From assembly GCA_050486505.1 (NCBI GenBank), contig JBJHDK010000049.1:1-17841 (forward strand): a stretch of DNA of 17,841 nt. Reading direction: 5' to 3'. A program made the translations under genes and the position numbers. The notes under the pieces are model-generated. The model saw only the letters and a list, made by a program, of their open reading frames with translations, had not been told where the DNA came from and ran no database searches. Within the stretch, counting starts at the first letter, position 1. Each line of letters opens with the position of its first letter. Of the stretch, positions 17,172 through 17,841 are shown piece after piece. The stretch is from Fibrobacteria bacterium (lineage in GTDB: Bacteria; Fibrobacterota; Fibrobacteria; UBA11236).

Positions 17172-17408
17172 ATGTCTGATGACATGATGCAGAAAATCAC
17201 CAAGGTTATCGTCGAAAAGCTCGGAGTCACCGAGGACAAGGTCAAGCCCGAGGCGGCCTTCGTCGAAGATCTCGGCGCCGATTCGCTCGATCAGGTTGAA
17301 CTGGTCATGGCCCTCGAAGACGAGTTCGACATCGAGATCCCCGATGAGGACGCGGAGAAGCTCAAGAAGGTCAGCGACGTGATCAGCTACGTCCAGTCCA
17401 AGGGCTGA
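17172..17408 (+). CDS. acpP: Acyl carrier protein
   Basis: 78 aa, acidic; phosphopantetheine site [28 protein letters not shown]. Confidence 0.98.
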   Translation: MSDDMMQKITKVIVEKLGVTEDKVKPEAAFVEDLGADSLDQVELVMALEDEFDIEIPDEDAEKLKKVSDVISYVQSKG

Positions 17409-17449
17409 TTGCCCCGGCCGGACGGATCCGTGATCCACGAACCGAACAG

Positions 17450-17485
17450 AAAAGGGCACGTCGCGCACGCGGCAGTGCCCTTTTT
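17450..17485 (+). terminator. Intrinsic terminator after acpP
   Basis: AAAAGGGCAC...GTGCCCTTTTT with inner GTCGC/GCGGC pairing; T-tract on both strands. Confidence 0.75.
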
Positions 17486-17491
17486 GCGTTG

Positions 17492-17841
17492 ATGCTGTCG
17501 TTCTTCAAGCGCCTGCTGGCCCGCAGCGTTCCCGGCTGGAAGCGCCCCGTGGCGCTGGAGAAGGCCATGGGGTACCGTTTCAGGGATCCATACCTCTTGC
17601 GGATGGCCCTGTCGCACCGCTCCTGGGTCAACAATGCCGCGCGCGGCCGACGCCCCCCCTCCAACGAGCGCCTCGAGTTTCTCGGGGACTCCGTGATGAA
17701 CGCCATCATCACCGACACGTTGTACCGCCGCTATCCCGATTGCGACGAGGGCGAGCTCTCCAAGATGAAGTCGCTGGTGGTGAGCGCCAAGGTGCTGATT
17801 CCCTGCGCGGAGATGCTCGACCTCGGCGCGTACACTGTCTC
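17492..17841 (+). CDS. rnc: Ribonuclease III (5' part, runs off the window end)
   Basis: Hand translation MLSFFKRLLARSVPGWKRPVALEKAMGYRFRDPYLLRMALSHRSW...NERLEFLGDSV...DEGELSKMKS contains the RNase III signature NERLEFLGD. Start codon uncertain. Confidence 0.93.
   Translation, partial: MLSFFKRLLARSVPGWKRPVALEKAMGYRFRDPYLLRMALSHRSWVNNAARGRRPPSNERLEFLGDSVMNAIITDTLYRRYPDCDEGELSKMKSLVVSAKVLIPCAEMLDLGAYTV

Noticed and set aside
13103..17408. Possible secondary-metabolite (type II PKS) cluster
   Set aside because: Gene order and motifs match the primary fatty-acid/phospholipid operon; no KS-CLF pair or tailoring genes.

Overview
GC-rich bacterial chromosomal window of mostly housekeeping genes. 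In order: pyruvate carboxylase (pyc, minus strand); a divergent trehalose pair (treS fused to a maltokinase-like domain, then a fused trehalose-6-phosphate synthase/phosphatase); a DUF3332-like lipoprotein and a Wzi-like outer-membrane protein (both minus); and the yceD-rpmF-plsX-fabH-fabD-fabG-acpP-rnc cluster. rpmF and the partial rnc are missing from the ORF track and were translated by hand. I see no transposase, integrase, CRISPR array, tRNA or rRNA. The more unusual signals are: (1) three intergenic elements made of inverted heptamer tandem arrays that can fold into long hairpins, one using the Shine-Dalgarno/anti-SD heptamer; (2) a TreS C-terminal kinase domain that has lost most of its ATP/Mg-binding residues, so a probable pseudokinase; (3) a candidate terminator/antiterminator switch in front of the TPS/TPP gene; (4) GTA-type REP palindromes that supply stop codons; (5) a PlsX apparently lacking its membrane-anchoring tip. 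All family assignments come from motif recognition, not database searches.
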